Positions 13,677 to 28,923 of a DNA stretch of 64,000 nucleotides are shown piece after piece (the stretch's first letter is position 1; the number at the start of each line of letters is the position of its first letter). This stretch comes from Octopus vulgaris. Taxonomy: Eukaryota. The stretch spans positions 31,682,001-31,746,000 of the forward strand of contig OX597827.1 of assembly GCA_951406725.2 (NCBI GenBank), read 5' to 3'. Both the position numbers and the translations under genes were made by a program. The notes beneath the pieces are model-generated. The model made no database searches. It worked only from the letters and a program-made list of their open reading frames with translations, and was not told the origin of the DNA.

Positions 13677-15605
13677 AGGACTGCTCTGCTCGATGAAGGA
13701 TGGCCTGGGGTTAAGCAACAAAAGCAAAAACAACTATAACCTCAACAAAGAGCAACTGAAATGTCTGCTAGAAATAGCAGCCAGATCTCTCTCTCTCTCT
13801 CTCAAAAAAAGTATCATATCGTCTTAATAGTGGAAGGACATGTCAGATATAAACACAGTCCGAGACAAGCTGCTTAAAATAAAAATCAAATGGTCACGGC
13901 TGGATTACCCTTCATCAGCACCTGCCCATTCGGTAAACAACGAGAACACCAAGAACATCACCATCATCGCCATTTAGTGCAACCAACTTCTTCAACAAGC
14001 ATTCATTACTTCGATAATATCAACAGCAAGAATATTTCCACCAGCACCAACAACGCCAATAACAACAACAGCATCAACGTATCTCCCACAAAGAACAATA
14101 ATATATTCATCACCTTGGCATCAGGGCCAGCAATTTTCGGGGGATGAGTTAAGTCGATTACATCAACCCCAGTGCTTGACTGGTACTTTTATCGACGCCC
14201 TAAAGAATAAAAAACAAACTCGACCTCGGTGGATTTTCGCCTCAGAACTAATGACGGACAAAATGCTGCTAAGCACTTTGTCCGGCGTGCTAACGATTCT
14301 TTCAGCTCACCGCCTTATCTGCTAGAAAATAATACTTAAATCTCTCACAAATAACAAACAAAACACTGCCGCCACCGTCTTAAAAGAGAAAAGAACCATT
14401 AGACAATGTAGTCCTCGACGTCTGAAAACAATAACCAAAAACGAGAGAGAGAAGATAGTCAAGGTCCTAGGTTTGTTTAATCAGGGCTAATCTAAGATTT
14501 ATTAAACAACAATAAAGCCAAGTAAGACAACAACACGTGTAATGTTATTTTACTTCAGGTCAGTATTAATCAACTAAGCCCTATGATAAATGTATATTCC
14601 AGCCGTGATCACCACGCTTAAAGGGTGATCTTTGCGACCACCCCTGCTGTTTGGGCGCACGTTGTATTCCTGTAATTTGGTGGACGTAGACACTGAACAA
14701 AACAACGAATAACAACACCAAACATAATCGAACCGATTAATCGATCTTCATCAATCACATCAATCACATCCAGCAAAACGACGAGGGATGGCGGGAAGGA
14801 GTGAGCAGCTATTACACAGTCGCTAAATTTGCTAGAAATAACAGCAAAATACCTTTTAAAACCATCTTCTAACCGACTTAACAATACAAAAGTAACAGAT
14901 ATGTTTGATAAAAACAAACAGGATGGTCATAACTGGAATGGAACATATTATTAGGTGTGTGTGTGTTGTATACCAGGACAAACCTGGGGCTAAACATCTA
15001 CAAATATTACTACTAGTATTCTTATAAAAACTAGTACTACTCCTAGTACAGCTACTACAATTCTTACTACAGTAATTACTACGACTATTCTATTGCTGCT
15101 GCTGCTGTTGCCGCTCTTATTACTACACTAGTAACTGCTACAACGACTCTTACAAGTACTACTACTATTGCTACTACTACTACTACTACTACTACAGCAA
15201 CAACAACAATCAACATGTTGAATGTTGTCAACAGTAAACAAAGGCATCGGGTTAATTTATGCAAGAAGCTTGTGGTTGAAAACGAGAGGACAAACAAACG
15301 AATTGGCGGTGGGACAGTCGACTGGATTGTGTGTGTGTGTGCAGAAAGTTACTGACAGACACGCCTAGACATGTTCTTAACTAGGAAGTTATTTACTACG
15401 TCTAGACGTAATTCAAATAATACATACAGAGATAAACAGATAGATAAATAGACAGAGAGACAGAGAGAGAGACAGACAGACAGACATACACATATACGTA
15501 TAAATTTATGAATATATAGATATGCATACATATAGGTATGTGCGTGTGTATATATATATGTATACACACATATATACATCATATAGCTTGGATTTTAACC
15601 CAATA

Positions 15606-15661
<56 letters not shown>

Positions 15662-15665
<4 letters not shown>

Positions 15666-15848
15666 GGAGAGAATTCACAAAAAGAAAAACAAAAGACGAA
15701 GGCAGGTGTTGTAGACAACAAACAGATGTATTAGTATAACGCTCGGGAAAGGAAAAAATCTTTAATGTTTCGAACCTACGCTCTTCTACAGAAAGGGACA
15801 CGGAAAGAAACAAGGAGAGAAAATAAAGAATGTGTAGTGGTTAGCGAT
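15662..15848 (-). mobile_element. Short TA-flanked element with variant minimal hammerhead motif (15760-15795)
   Basis: Minus strand: cttt CTGTAGA a GAGC gtag GTTC GAAAC ATT aaag. Homologous copies at 50843-51032 and about 58590-58748. Confidence 0.7.
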
Positions 15849-15953
15849 ACACACATACATATAACGGGAAACACTAGTACACATACACGAGTTTGTGTGT
15901 GTGTGCGCGCGCGCGAATGTGAGTGTGTGTGTGTGCGAATGTGAGTGTGTCTG

Positions 15954-15985
<32 letters not shown>

Positions 15986-16419
15986 ATGTGAGTGTCTGGT
16001 GTGTGTGTGAGCTGGGAAAATACTTTTTAACCAAACTATTTTATTTTCAATTTCAATGGTATTCATACAAAACAATGAAATATATGCAAATTTGAAAAAT
16101 GAAAAAAAATGAAACTATTAATTACTTTAAAATTAAATTAAGGGAATTAAATTTCTCATTTGTATTTTTGCAATGAAAGTCATCAATAACAATAAATTCT
16201 GTTTAAGTATCAATTAATTTACAAATGAAATGCATTGATTAATTCCATATAAGGAAGCGCGACAATGTTAGCGTGACCAAGCCACTGACAATAAGACAAC
16301 CAATATTTTGTGTATGTAATATATCATATCAAAGTATATATAAAATATATATATATATATATATATATAATCATATATATATACACATATATATACATGT
16401 ATGTATGTATGTATGTATG

Positions 16420-16450
<31 letters not shown>

Positions 16451-16475
16451 GCATGCATAGTTTGGGATGCAGCTA

Positions 16476-16499
<24 letters not shown>

Positions 16500-16512
<13 letters not shown>

Positions 16513-16557
16513 TTTCTAGTTTCAGCTCAGAGCTGCGGCCATGCTGATGCACCGCCG

Positions 16558-16588
<31 letters not shown>

Positions 16589-16865
16589 CTTTTATTTGTT
16601 TCAGTCAGTTGACTGCGGCCATGCTGGAGCATCGCCTTTAGCCGAACAAATCGACCCCAGGATTTATTCTTTGTAAGCCTAGTACTTATTCTATCGGTTT
16701 CTTTTGCCGAACCGCTATGTTACGGGGACGTAAACACACCAACATCGGTTGTCAAGCGGTGGTGGGAGACAAACACAGACACACAACCATATATACATAT
16801 ATATATGTACGACGGGCTTCTTTCAGTTTCCATCTACCAAATCCACTCACAAGGTGCCACGCAGT
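16500..16865 (-). mobile_element. SINE family B fragment(s)
   Basis: Reverse complement of the family B 3' body (tgactgcggccatgctggagca..ccgaaccgcta..gacgggcttctttcagtttcc). Confidence 0.85.
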
Positions 16866-16892
16866 ATATATATATATATATATATATATATA

Positions 16893-17933
16893 CTAGCATT
16901 AAAGACCCGTCGTTGCCGGGTCATAGTGCTAGTGCATGTATATATGTGTATATATATGTGTACATATTACATGTACATCTATATATATACATCTACACAT
17001 AAAATACAAAATACAAAGTTATATCTTGATATCGCTAGTGATAACAATACTCAAAATATATAACAGACTGGAATTGTTAGCCCGTCTCTTGTAATTTCGA
17101 TCAATTGTATCTTGTCTCCCTCTTGTATAGAAGTGTGGCGACAATCCAGCCTACCTCTACTTCTGGGGGGGGGGGGGGGGCATTTTAATTTTTTTTTTCC
17201 GGGACGTCCTATGTCCCAGATATAAAGGTAAAAATAAAATATTTCCACTTTGCAAGTTCGAGTCGAGTACTCCCTTGCACGCTCAGTTGACTCGAACCTT
17301 GCTTCTATTGTGGCGAATTTACAGCCTCTGATTAGATACCTTTTATAGTCGCACCAAGACATTTTTCGAAGGTGCTTTCCTCCAGGTGTTCAAATCTTTT
17401 TTCTCTACATTGTATACTTTATAGACAATAGACTTTACTTTAATTTAAATTTTTATTATCCATCTGGACTATTCCATTTCTGCACGCTAATTTTATTTTT
17501 AATTTATTCCCATTCATGTGAAACCACTTATTCAAGTTCAAATCATTAATGCAATTTTATACCAATTGCTATTTTTACTTTTGTTATGTTACGATTATAT
17601 CATACTTTAGTTTGATTTTAATTATTACTTACTACATATAATTCAATTATTATTATTTTTATTGTTAAAGTGAAAGTATCTGACATAAAATAGAGAAACG
17701 TTTTTGTTTCACTTTTAACACGTAATACTGAAATAGTGGAGAAGATATGATATTGCTATGGGCTCGCTCTAGGCAAGAAGTTGAACTTTTTTTTTTGCCC
17801 ATGAAACTACATGGACCCAAGTAAGGCATGTGTAAAATTTGAATGAAATTGGTTCCGTAGTTCTCAAGTTTTAGGGAAACACACAGACAGACAGACAGAC
17901 AGACACACATTCTCAATTTTATATATATAAAGA
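16893..17933 (-). mobile_element. Non-autonomous Helitron
   Basis: Minus strand begins TC (A|TCTTTATATATATAAAA), has subterminal (CTGT)n, ends with hairpin gacccg..cgggtc (16904-16922) then CTAG|T; inserted between A and T with no TSD. Confidence 0.8.
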
Positions 17934-18554
17934 TGACACTTAAGCAAAATGCTAAGCGAGATCGAACCGGGGACCTCGTAGATTGCGATGTTAATTTCTT
18001 AAGCATTCGGCTACGTTTGCTTCCATGTATATACGTATCTATATCCAGCCAGTCAGCCAGCCAGCTAGCCATCTATACAAGCGCGCGCGCACACACACAC
18101 ACACATCTACGTGCTGGCATGCATGCATCCGTCCACACATTCATCTATTCAATCATATATCAATCCAAGTACACATACATACAAACACATACATACATAC
18201 ACATATGCACCACAGACAAACATATATGCATACATATAACCACACACATATATATAGGTACATAATGTGATGAATAAGAGAAGCATTCTTGTAAACTATT
18301 TTCCTTCATCTCAATAAATATGAAAACATGAAAAAGAAAATAATGAATAAAATAAATACATAATTCAAACGATAACATCATGGAATATAATAAACCAAAG
18401 TAAATGGAAACCCGTCTGTGTGTGTGTGTGCATAATAAATATACGCATCACTTTCAGTCCCTGCTTGTGTGTGTGAACATATATATATATATATAAAGTT
18501 AATCCAAACAAGAAAACTAAAGGACAACAACGCAAGGATGTGGAACAAATAAAG

Positions 18555-19026
<472 letters not shown>

Positions 19027-19027
<1 letters not shown>

Positions 19028-19188
19028 GTTAATCCAAACATGAAAACACAAAGAGAAAACACAACAACGCGAGGACGTGGAACAAATATAGTATTATTGG
19101 ACGGTCAGGAAAGAAGGAAAGAAGGAGGGTTTAACGTTTCGAGCGGAGCTCTTCGTCGGAAACATAGGAGAAGGAAAGATCCAGAGAA
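19027..19188 (-). mobile_element. Penelope-like pseudo-LTR fragment with minimal hammerhead motif (19129-19163); shorter stub at about 18497-18560
   Basis: Minus strand: gttt CCGACGA a GAGC tcc GCTC GAAAC GTT aaac. Homologous to 63482-63640, which is linked to a PLE ORF motif. Confidence 0.75.
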
Positions 19189-20018
19189 CACACACACACA
19201 CACAACACAAGACGCACAAATATGTATGTATGTATGTATGAATGTGTGTATGTATGTATGTATGTATGTATGTATGTATGTATGTATGTATGTATGTATG
19301 TATGTATGTATGTGTGTGTGTATGTATGAATGTGTACACGCTTATATATCAACACAGACTTTTGTAACACTCTATCAAGGAACTGAATCTCACATTTCCT
19401 CTTCCCCTCACACATATCCATACATATACACATTTCCAGACGTACACGTACACACACACAAACAGTTTATTTCAAAGACACGCGCAGACAAACGTAAACA
19501 TCCTCTCACATTCTTGTTTTGTATTTTTCCTTCTCATACACTTTCACCAAAAACATATATATACTCTCACATAAATGTATTTGTGTGTGTGTGCGTGTAT
19601 GTATATATACATATATACACATACATACATACATACACACACGCACATATTTACACTTTTCAACACATTTTCAACCGTATACTCATACATGAATCTAAAC
19701 ACATAGACATACATTCATACACTTACATACATATAAGCATGCATACATGCAGGCACCCACACATACATAGTATGCATTACATACACATACTTAACGTACT
19801 ACCCATGCATACACACAAAGCTAATACAGGTAAAAAAAAACAATACATACACACGTACCTACACTCACGTACATACCTGTGCATGAATACATACCATTAC
19901 ATACTTATATATGCACATATTCACGTACTTACCCTCATCTATATAAACACTTGCATACGTACCCTTATATACATGCACTAACGTAAATACATTCACGTAT
20001 GTACCCATGCGTACATAC

Positions 20019-20065
<47 letters not shown>

Positions 20066-21675
20066 CGCATACACATTTTCACGTACATGCTCATTCACAC
20101 ACTTGCGTACGTACCATTATGTACCCACATGCACGTACATACACTAACATGCATTCACGTACATGTCTAAGTATGCATACATGCACGTATGCACAAACAT
20201 ACACTAAAGTAAAATTCATTTACATACATACATGCACACATATTCACATAAGAACACTAATATACACTTATGTACCCAGGCATACACATAAATGCGTACC
20301 CATACATACACACACTTGCATGCGTACTCCTATGTAAACACATACATATATACATCCATACTCACGTACGGACCCACCTATACATACATCTATCACGTAC
20401 GTACACATTACCATTAACTCATACATACACACACACACACACACTCACAGCACAACATATTTACGTCTCACATACACACACACATTAAATTCTTCGAAAA
20501 AAAATTAAAAAATGGTCGTCTGCATTTTCAAAAATGTCTTTTAAAGGAATGTGACATTGTTTTTTCTGAGTGGATACATCAGATAAAATGGAGGGAAGAG
20601 ATGCTCTGTGCACCACCATCGTGTTTTGTAAATAATAGTTAGTCATATACTAAAACGATGATCCTATGCAACCAACAAAACACATTTTTCTTTTAACTTT
20701 GTAACAGTCTCTCATACATGCAACACAAACGCACACGCCACTCACACTTACACTCCCTCTCACTCAAACACATTTACACTCAGACACTGGCTCCCTTTCA
20801 TACACACGTACGCATATCCTCCCCCCTCGTATAAAGACTGGCTCTCTTGCATACACATGTACACACATCCTCTTTCTCTTTCTCTTACACTCATACGCAC
20901 TCACACTCAAACATTGGCTCTTTTACATACACTCATACATTTCCTCCCTCTCTCTCTCTCTCTTTCACTCTAGCACACTCTCACTTGCACTCATAAACAC
21001 TGGCGCTCTGCATACACACGTACATATGTACTCGCTTTCTCTCTCCCTCCTCTCTCACATGCACCCACACTCATAAACACTGGCTCTTTTACACACACAT
21101 GCACACATATCCTCTCTTTCTGTGATACATATACACACGCACACACATGGGCACTTTGCACACACACACACTCTCTTTTCTCTCACACGAGCGCAGACAA
21201 ACATACACACAAATATATACACACTTTGTTCGGCTTGCGTGCCTTCCTCTTCCCTTCACATTTTCACTCACACACATTCTTTACTCTTTCTCTCATACAA
21301 AGTTTCTCTCTCACATAGTTTCTTACTATCTCTCTCTCTCTCTCTCTCACGTATACCCATCATTTCACTCATTCTCTCTTTTTGTCTCTCTCTCACTCAC
21401 ATACACACCTTTCTCAAACAATTTTCTATCTTTCACCCCCTACACTAACTCTCTCCCTCCCCCTCTCTCTCTCTCTCTCACTCTATTATCCTTGCTACGT
21501 GAAGTTCGCTTCACCATTTTTCTAAGTGACACGCATCGACTTTTAGGTGCTCAAGATGAGATCAGATGGTGGAACCCTGTTGACATTTGGTCTGGTTGTA
21601 AACGTGTATCCATCTGTCTGTCTATCGATCTTTCAGTCTTATTGTCTTACTATCTCCTCGTCTCTCTCTCTCTCA

Positions 21676-21870
21676 TACGTACGTACGTACGTACGTACGT
21701 ACATACATACATACATACATACATACATACATACATACATACATACATACATACATACATACATACATACATACATACATACATACATACATACATACAT
21801 ACATACATACATACATACATACATACATACATACATCATACATACATACATACATACGTACATACATACA
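21676..21870. repeat. (TACG)n-(TACA)n microsatellite
   Basis: Direct reading. Confidence 0.95.
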
Positions 21871-21927
21871 AGTTTGGTGATGCAAGAAAATAGAAATCAA
21901 AACATGAGTAAATACATGTTTTTGTTT

Positions 21928-22020
21928 ATTAATAATCGGTTCAAGTTACAGAGTGACTCAGGGCCAACGCACGAAACTCTCGGCCCATGAGTCACTCTGT
22001 AACTTCTGCCGATTATTAAT
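21928..22020. repeat. Imperfect hairpin / inverted repeat
   Basis: attaataatcgg..aagttacagagtgactca.gggcc pairs with ggccc.tgagtcactctgtaactt..ccgattattaat around a loop of about 16 nt. Confidence 0.85.
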
Positions 22021-22073
22021 CTTTAAAAAATTACATGTACTGATATGCACACATATATAATACACACATACAA

Positions 22074-22113
<40 letters not shown>

Positions 22114-22245
22114 AAACATACATGAGTAGTCTAAGAGTCCGTAAGTCAGGGGAAAGATGCTCTCGTATATGTCATTTCGAATAACAACCATAAACATATA
22201 GATTCATATGTATATATGTGCAAGGCAGACAGACAGACAGATAGG

Positions 22246-22320
<75 letters not shown>

Positions 22321-22396
22321 GGAGCGAGCGAGAGAGAGATAGGTAGATAGACAGATAAGTAGATAGATAGATAGATTGATACATACATACATACAT

Positions 22397-23432
22397 AAGT
22401 TTCTTCATTGGCCACACAGAGCTGCACACAAATGGTACAAATTACAAGGTAGAGCTTTTCTTTTGGGGGATGAGAAAAAAAAAGTGGCTTAGGTTTTCGA
22501 TCAAAAGGGATCGTAAAAGGGAAAAAAGAAAAAAAGAAAAAAGGAAAAGAAACAAAAGAAAAGAAAAAAGAAGAAAAAAGGGGAAGAGGAAAAAAACGAT
22601 CAATAGGGATCGTGTATCACAGTGTCATGATGTACGGTGTAAAAGGGGAAGCAGATAAGGTTTATCCGTGGGAAGAAAAGCCTACGAAAAAGGCCACGGT
22701 AACCTCGGTCAATATTGTTATGTGTTACCACATTTGTTTGCAAGTGGGTAACCCTCTGTTTTCAATTTCTGGGTTCATAGGATTATGCCCAAGGTGGCTT
22801 CGTCATTCATACGTGCCATCCTTGCTACATTCACCCATCTTTTTTTTAAACATTCGCTAGACAAAACTTGCCTCTCTACTCTCACTTTCCTTTTCAAGTG
22901 GTACTTGAAGAAGTTGATGAGAGATTGACCAGAGAGGAAAGTGTTTGTCTCCAATCCTTTCAGACGCGTCCATCAGATACATTCTTTCGCCATAGCCACA
23001 AGGATGATGAAAACAGTTCTTCCTTCCCGTTTGAAGGAAGGAGGCGTGACAATATTGACGATAGACTCAGCTGATAAACCGACTCGTCCCACACGTGACA
23101 GCAGTTGTTCGACATAAGCCCACAGGTTGGAAATTGTTGGACACTGCACGAGTGCGTGCAGAACGGTTTCTTCGCTCTGACCGCATCTCGGGTAGGTCGG
23201 CCCCGTGTTTCTCGAGCCGGGTCTGTAGAGCTTATCCCGAACGGGTAGCGCTTCTCGGTAGCACTGCCAGGCCAGGGATCTCTGGAAGTTGTCCATGGGC
23301 CCTGGCCCAAAAGTCGTCCCGAGCAGGCGGGTCAGGTATTCCTCGTCGACATCCAGGTTCGCCCCGAGCTCGTCGTCGCACCTCCCCTCCACTAATCCCC
23401 TATAGAATGCTTGTAAAGTTAAGTTGCATCGA
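22397..23432 (-). mobile_element. 5'-truncated L1/Tx1-type non-LTR retrotransposon, 3' end (C-terminal zinc-knuckle region + 3' UTR)
   Basis: Minus-strand translation ..AWQCYREALPVRDKL..(C>Y)PRCGQSEETVLHALVQCP..LW matches the zf-RVT pattern CxxC..ETxxHxxxxC; internal stop at about 22973; final stop TGA at 22775-22777; T-rich 3' UTR follows. Confidence 0.85.
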
Positions 23433-23499
23433 GGTAGGTAGGTAGGTAGGTAGGTAGGTAGGTAGGTAGGTAGGTAGGTAGGTAGGTAGGTAGATAGAT

Positions 23500-24151
<652 letters not shown>

Positions 24152-24956
24152 AAACTGGACTTAATCCGTCATCCAGATTAAAATCATCGCCTGGCTCCTT
24201 GAGTGCCGTTAACGGAGTTCACTCTATTGTAAACTATGAGGCTAAGTTTCCCATTTGAGAGTACCTCCCTCTCTCCCTCCGACCAGTTTTAGAGGCTCTG
24301 TAAAGGATCGCAAGAGCATTGCCCTTCCCCACTGATTAAAACTGGGGATGGGGGGTATGGGTATATGCCAGCATGTACGTGCCAACCACAAAGCCGCAAT
24401 TGTTTTCACGGGAACTTCGTCATTTATCGATAAACTGCGTCCCTCGGGATTTCCTGACAGACACCCCTGAAGAAAAATTACCTTGAATATTTTTAGCAGT
24501 GCGGCCTGCCAGATGAAGTTCTATGTCTCTTTTTTTGGGGGGAAAAAAAAAAGGCTGCCCAACCCTGTTCTTCGTTGTCGTTCGACCAGTTAGAAATAGC
24601 TAGCTGGTCCCGAAACAGCTAACTGGTCCGTACCGTCCCGAAATGAGGAAAGGACACATTAGATACAGTCCTAAATATCTTCCCTCATCTGACGAAATGG
24701 CCATCTGACGGGAATGTCAACTCGGTCAGGGCTAACCTGGGACTAAACAACACCAGCTTTCAGTTTTAATCTTGATCGTTGAGAATTTGTGCGTGTGTGT
24801 ATGCATATAAAACACACTGCAATGACATCACAAAAACTGTTAGTTTCATGTTCCCGTTCGTCGGACAGTTTTGATTGAGAATGGAACAAAAATAAGGTTA
24901 TATGCATAAATATACAATTATGTTGGTAGATACACATTTGTGTGAATGTGTATATA

Positions 24957-25459
24957 TATATATTTAGTGAGGGAAGAAATGGAGCTGAACGAAGATTTTA
25001 CAAAGTTCCTTTTTATTATTTTCTACATATGTTTCAAAGGCTGCAAAGTCCCTAATTCGGATTGAATAAGGAGACCATTTTGCAGCTTTCATACCATGGG
25101 CTCCTAGAGAGCGTTTGTCGAAAAGCTTGCTGCGCATTTTGTTGGAGATTTAAGTTCCTGGATTTTCCTGAAGAGAAAGCTGCAAAATGGTCTCCTTATT
25201 CAATCCGAATTAGGGACTTTGCAGCCTTTGAAACATATGTAGAAAATAATAAAAAGGAACTTTGTAAAATCTTCGTTCAGCTCCATTTCTTCCCTCACTA
25301 AATATATAAAACTTCAAATTTCCGCACTAAGGCACGGCTTTGAGACCCCATGGTCGTAACCTCAACCGTGATTTTTCTGTTGTGATTTTTGCTACCCAGG
25401 TATCGGTTATAATTTGAATAATCCGTAACAAGATAATTCATTTATCCTTTTCAATAAAA

Positions 25460-25460
<1 letters not shown>
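24957..25460 (+). mobile_element. Fold-back Penelope-like/retrozyme-like non-coding element, copy 1
   Basis: Inverted arms 24957-25090 and 25175-25308 (no mismatch seen), 84-nt loop, unique tail ending in AATAAA, (TA)n flanks; homologous to 62987-63452. Confidence 0.9.
25162..25247 (+). ncRNA. Type I hammerhead ribozyme motif
   Basis: Stem I attttc/gaaaat; CTGAAGA 25168-25174; stem II gaaagctgcaaa..tttgcagccttt (G-U closing pair, one mismatch); GAAAC 25230-25234; palindromic stem III ACATATGT; GUA triplet 25239-25241. Confidence 0.8.
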
Positions 25461-25503
<43 letters not shown>

Positions 25504-28237
25504 AGCCTGTAGAGGAAGTCCCTCAACGAAGAGCAGTGCTTACCATACGTTGACAAGAGGCAATAACCTCGAAACCGGTCCGTATGTAGTATCCGTATCT
25601 TCGTGGAGGCTGATCTCCCTTTGCAGGCTGGCAAGGACACCGAGATGGTGTCAGCCCTTCTGGTGACGTTGATGTTCGCCTGGGGCTAAATGCATCAGTA
25701 ACACCCCCACCACCCCGCCCTGACCCTAGCCACATTCAGATGGCTGATCCCCCTTATGTTATATATATATATATATATAAAGTGGTAGAAAACTGTCAAC
25801 AGTTTCTGTTTTCAGGTAACGAACAAACGAAGGAGTCTTTGAGCAACTTGCGGCCTGAGGGACACTGCTATACGCATGGCGATGATCCCTGCTTTATGCA
25901 TCTTGCTTTTCGAAAAAGGTTGCCCGCGCCTCCTCTACATAACCACTCGACATGCAAGAACTAACAGCCAAAAATCTCCATCAAGTCACAACTGACTGTC
26001 TTTAAATAAAGTTATGGCAATTTGGAAAAAAAAAGACGAGACAGATTAAAAAAAAAAAAAGACAACAGTAACTTGGTTCTAGTAATTTCGGAGGAGAGTA
26101 TAACGATCAATACGACATTGGTAGATAGTTTATCGACCCCAGAAGGATAGTGGCAAAGTCGAATTCGGTGTGATTTGAACTCAGAGCTTTATTTTTGTTA
26201 ATACCATATCAACTCAGCTTCGGTAAACACGTGATCAAAGACGATCACCACTTCGTTTCCAGTGGGATTATCATACCCGTTTCGTTAGAGGTGAAGTGCA
26301 TCTCCAACTGCGTTATATAATGTCCTTCTTGTAGACAATTGGGTGTCCTTCAGGGAGATTTAGTTACTACTTTTAGCAAATTGTAAGATCACTATAAAGT
26401 GGTCTGGTTTCGTTGCGTAAACCTGTTCTTGTTATTGTTTGGCCTCAGGTCAGTCTGATCTAGTTGTAGACTTACGATGAAAGACACTCCAGAAGTGACC
26501 ATGTTATCCCACCCTCGTAGGTTGGTGAAGGTGCTAAGTAACTATAAACCCAAATAAAAATGCAGTTCTTTAGTCCAAGCTGGAGCAACCTTTCCCGAAA
26601 AACAGGCCGCACCAGATGAGCCGCACTACTAAAACATTTCAAGGTAATTTTTTCGTAAGGCGTGCCATTCCGAATGTCCCGCGGGCCTCAGTTACTCATG
26701 ACTCGTTGAGTTCGTCATTTCACAACAATGTTTTGATGCAAAAAGTACCTCAGGAAATGGAATGATAGAATAACAGAAGAATGGAGGAATGGAACAACAG
26801 AATAATAGAATGACTGAGAGAAGAAGAGAATGATGGAATGAATGCTCGTGTCATTCCATTTCTTTCGTTTCTTCAAGAAATCCTACGCGACGTTTGTTCG
26901 TTAAATCGAATGAAATAAAGCGATTAGATTTACAAAATAAGAACTGGAATCGGTAAAAATCGTGTCAAAGCACAGACTCGAGAAGACTCGACTTACGGTT
27001 GGTGGGGGTGGGGAGGTGGCCAATGTCACTCATTGAGAGGCGAGAGAACGTGAAATATCGATAAGAAATAGTAATGAGTTGTATGCATCCCACGCAAATC
27101 GATACGAGAAAGAAATAAAGAAAGAAGGAGATTAAAAGAGGTATATATAGACAGAGAAAGGGAGGGAGAAAGACTAGAAGACAGAGAGAGAAAATGAGAC
27201 AGAGAAAATAAAGAGCGACAGAGAGGGAAAGATAGACACAAGGAGACCGACAGACAGAGAGAAGATAGATAGCTAGAGACAGAAAGGGAGAGACAAAGAG
27301 TGAAAGACTGAGAGAAATAGAGAGGGGGGTGAGGAAAAAAGCAGACAGAAAAAAGACAGAGATAAAGAAACAAAGAGAGGTAGAGATGCAGGGAGAACTT
27401 AGAGATAGAGAGACAAATAGTCAGAAGGAGAGAGAGAGAGAGACAAAGAGAAAAAGGGAGAAGAGATGAGGGACCCTATATAAATGAAAAAAAAATTGTG
27501 GTGCTGAATAATTCCTGTGCGTAACCTTAGAAAGGACCTGTTGCTGTTATGGTTGTTCAGCCCCTGGATCAAGTATCGGTTGACACGTTTTGTGGTGGTC
27601 GTAGAAGTGAAGGTGGTTTCTTTTGTAGATGTTTATATGTACGTGTGGTGTTTAAGCGTTTACGTGTGTGTGTGTGTGTGTGTGTACACCTATGTGGTGT
27701 TTGGGTGTTTATGTATGTTTTATATGTGTGTATATGTGGCATTTTATGTGCATTATGTGTGATATTTTACGTGCAAGTATGCACATATTTATATATGTGT
27801 GTGTGGTGTTTATGGATGTGTGATATTTTGGTTGTTAATATATCTAGTATTTTGTATATGTGTAAGTGCGTATAAGTAGTGGTGCTATTTGGCTATTATT
27901 ATGTTATTATGTTAATATTATTTTAGCCCTAGGTTAGAACAAATTGAGTAGACCTATCTACAACCAAGTGTTCCAATTGTGGCCATCGCGTTCTTTCTTT
28001 CCATCTGTTTCGGACATAGTGAGTCAAATATTACATTTCAAAACGTGTCTTTCTCACTAATCCCGCTTTTTCAAGACGGTTGGCATGATTTGAGGGAGAT
28101 TTTACCTTCTGTTTCTAGCGGATCGAGTGACCACAGAGACTCTCTTTGATGTCTCGAGCACTGACCTGACTTAATCAATAGAAATCAGGCATCAGTAGTT
28201 CAATTAAAGCTGAAGATTCTTGTAATTTTATTGAAGA

Positions 28238-28751
28238 CTAGCAGTATCGCCCGACGTTGCTCGGATTTGTAAGGGAAATAACTATATAAGCATTTGTAGA
28301 GAGTTACTTCCTTTATAGATGCCAATTCGGGCTTTCTTAGCCATTTCTGTTTTGGTGTCTTCAAGCCATGAAGTCGTTGTTCTAAAAAAACGCTGGTCTC
28401 CTTGACAACGCTTTACGACGTTGATTTCCTTACACTCCCTTCCCCACAGCTTCACGAGGGAGGGAAGAAGGGGGAGAAGCAACACAGGTGCAGGTGTGAC
28501 CATGGACGCCAACTCCGCCGCCATCGACACGCGAAAAAATATGCATTAAAATGGAATAAAAAATTATGTTAAATTATTTTTAAAATCGTAGACTCATCGT
28601 AGACGCGCGCTAATACCCAAACGGGCTCGATATGAATCACGACTATAAGATACCCGAATTTGGTTAAACTGCACCGCAAAATGTGGGAGTAGTTAGGAAT
28701 CTAAATCGAAGGGGACAGACACTCACACAACTACAGTTTTATATATATAGA
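28238..28751 (-). mobile_element. Non-autonomous Helitron
   Basis: Minus strand A|TCTATATATATAAAA ... hairpin ccga..tcgg (28251-28264) ... CTAG|T; A/T target, no TSD. Confidence 0.85.
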
Positions 28752-28857
28752 TAATAAACATTAAATAATTTCGCTTATGTTTGTTTATCGACGTAATTTT
28801 CTTTATGATTTTCTCTTGAACCGTTTATTTCGCGGGCTTTGCTAACACACACGACTG

Positions 28858-28923
<66 letters not shown>

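Noticed and set aside
11830-15000. Recurring ctagaaatagcagccaaatctccctcaaat motif as a regulatory site
   Set aside because: It occurs many times on both strands with shared flanks, so it is an old dispersed repeat; boundaries were too decayed to annotate individually.
25062-25301. 79-aa ORF across the fold-back element
   Set aside because: No recognisable domain, and not preserved in the homolog where the loop is inverted.
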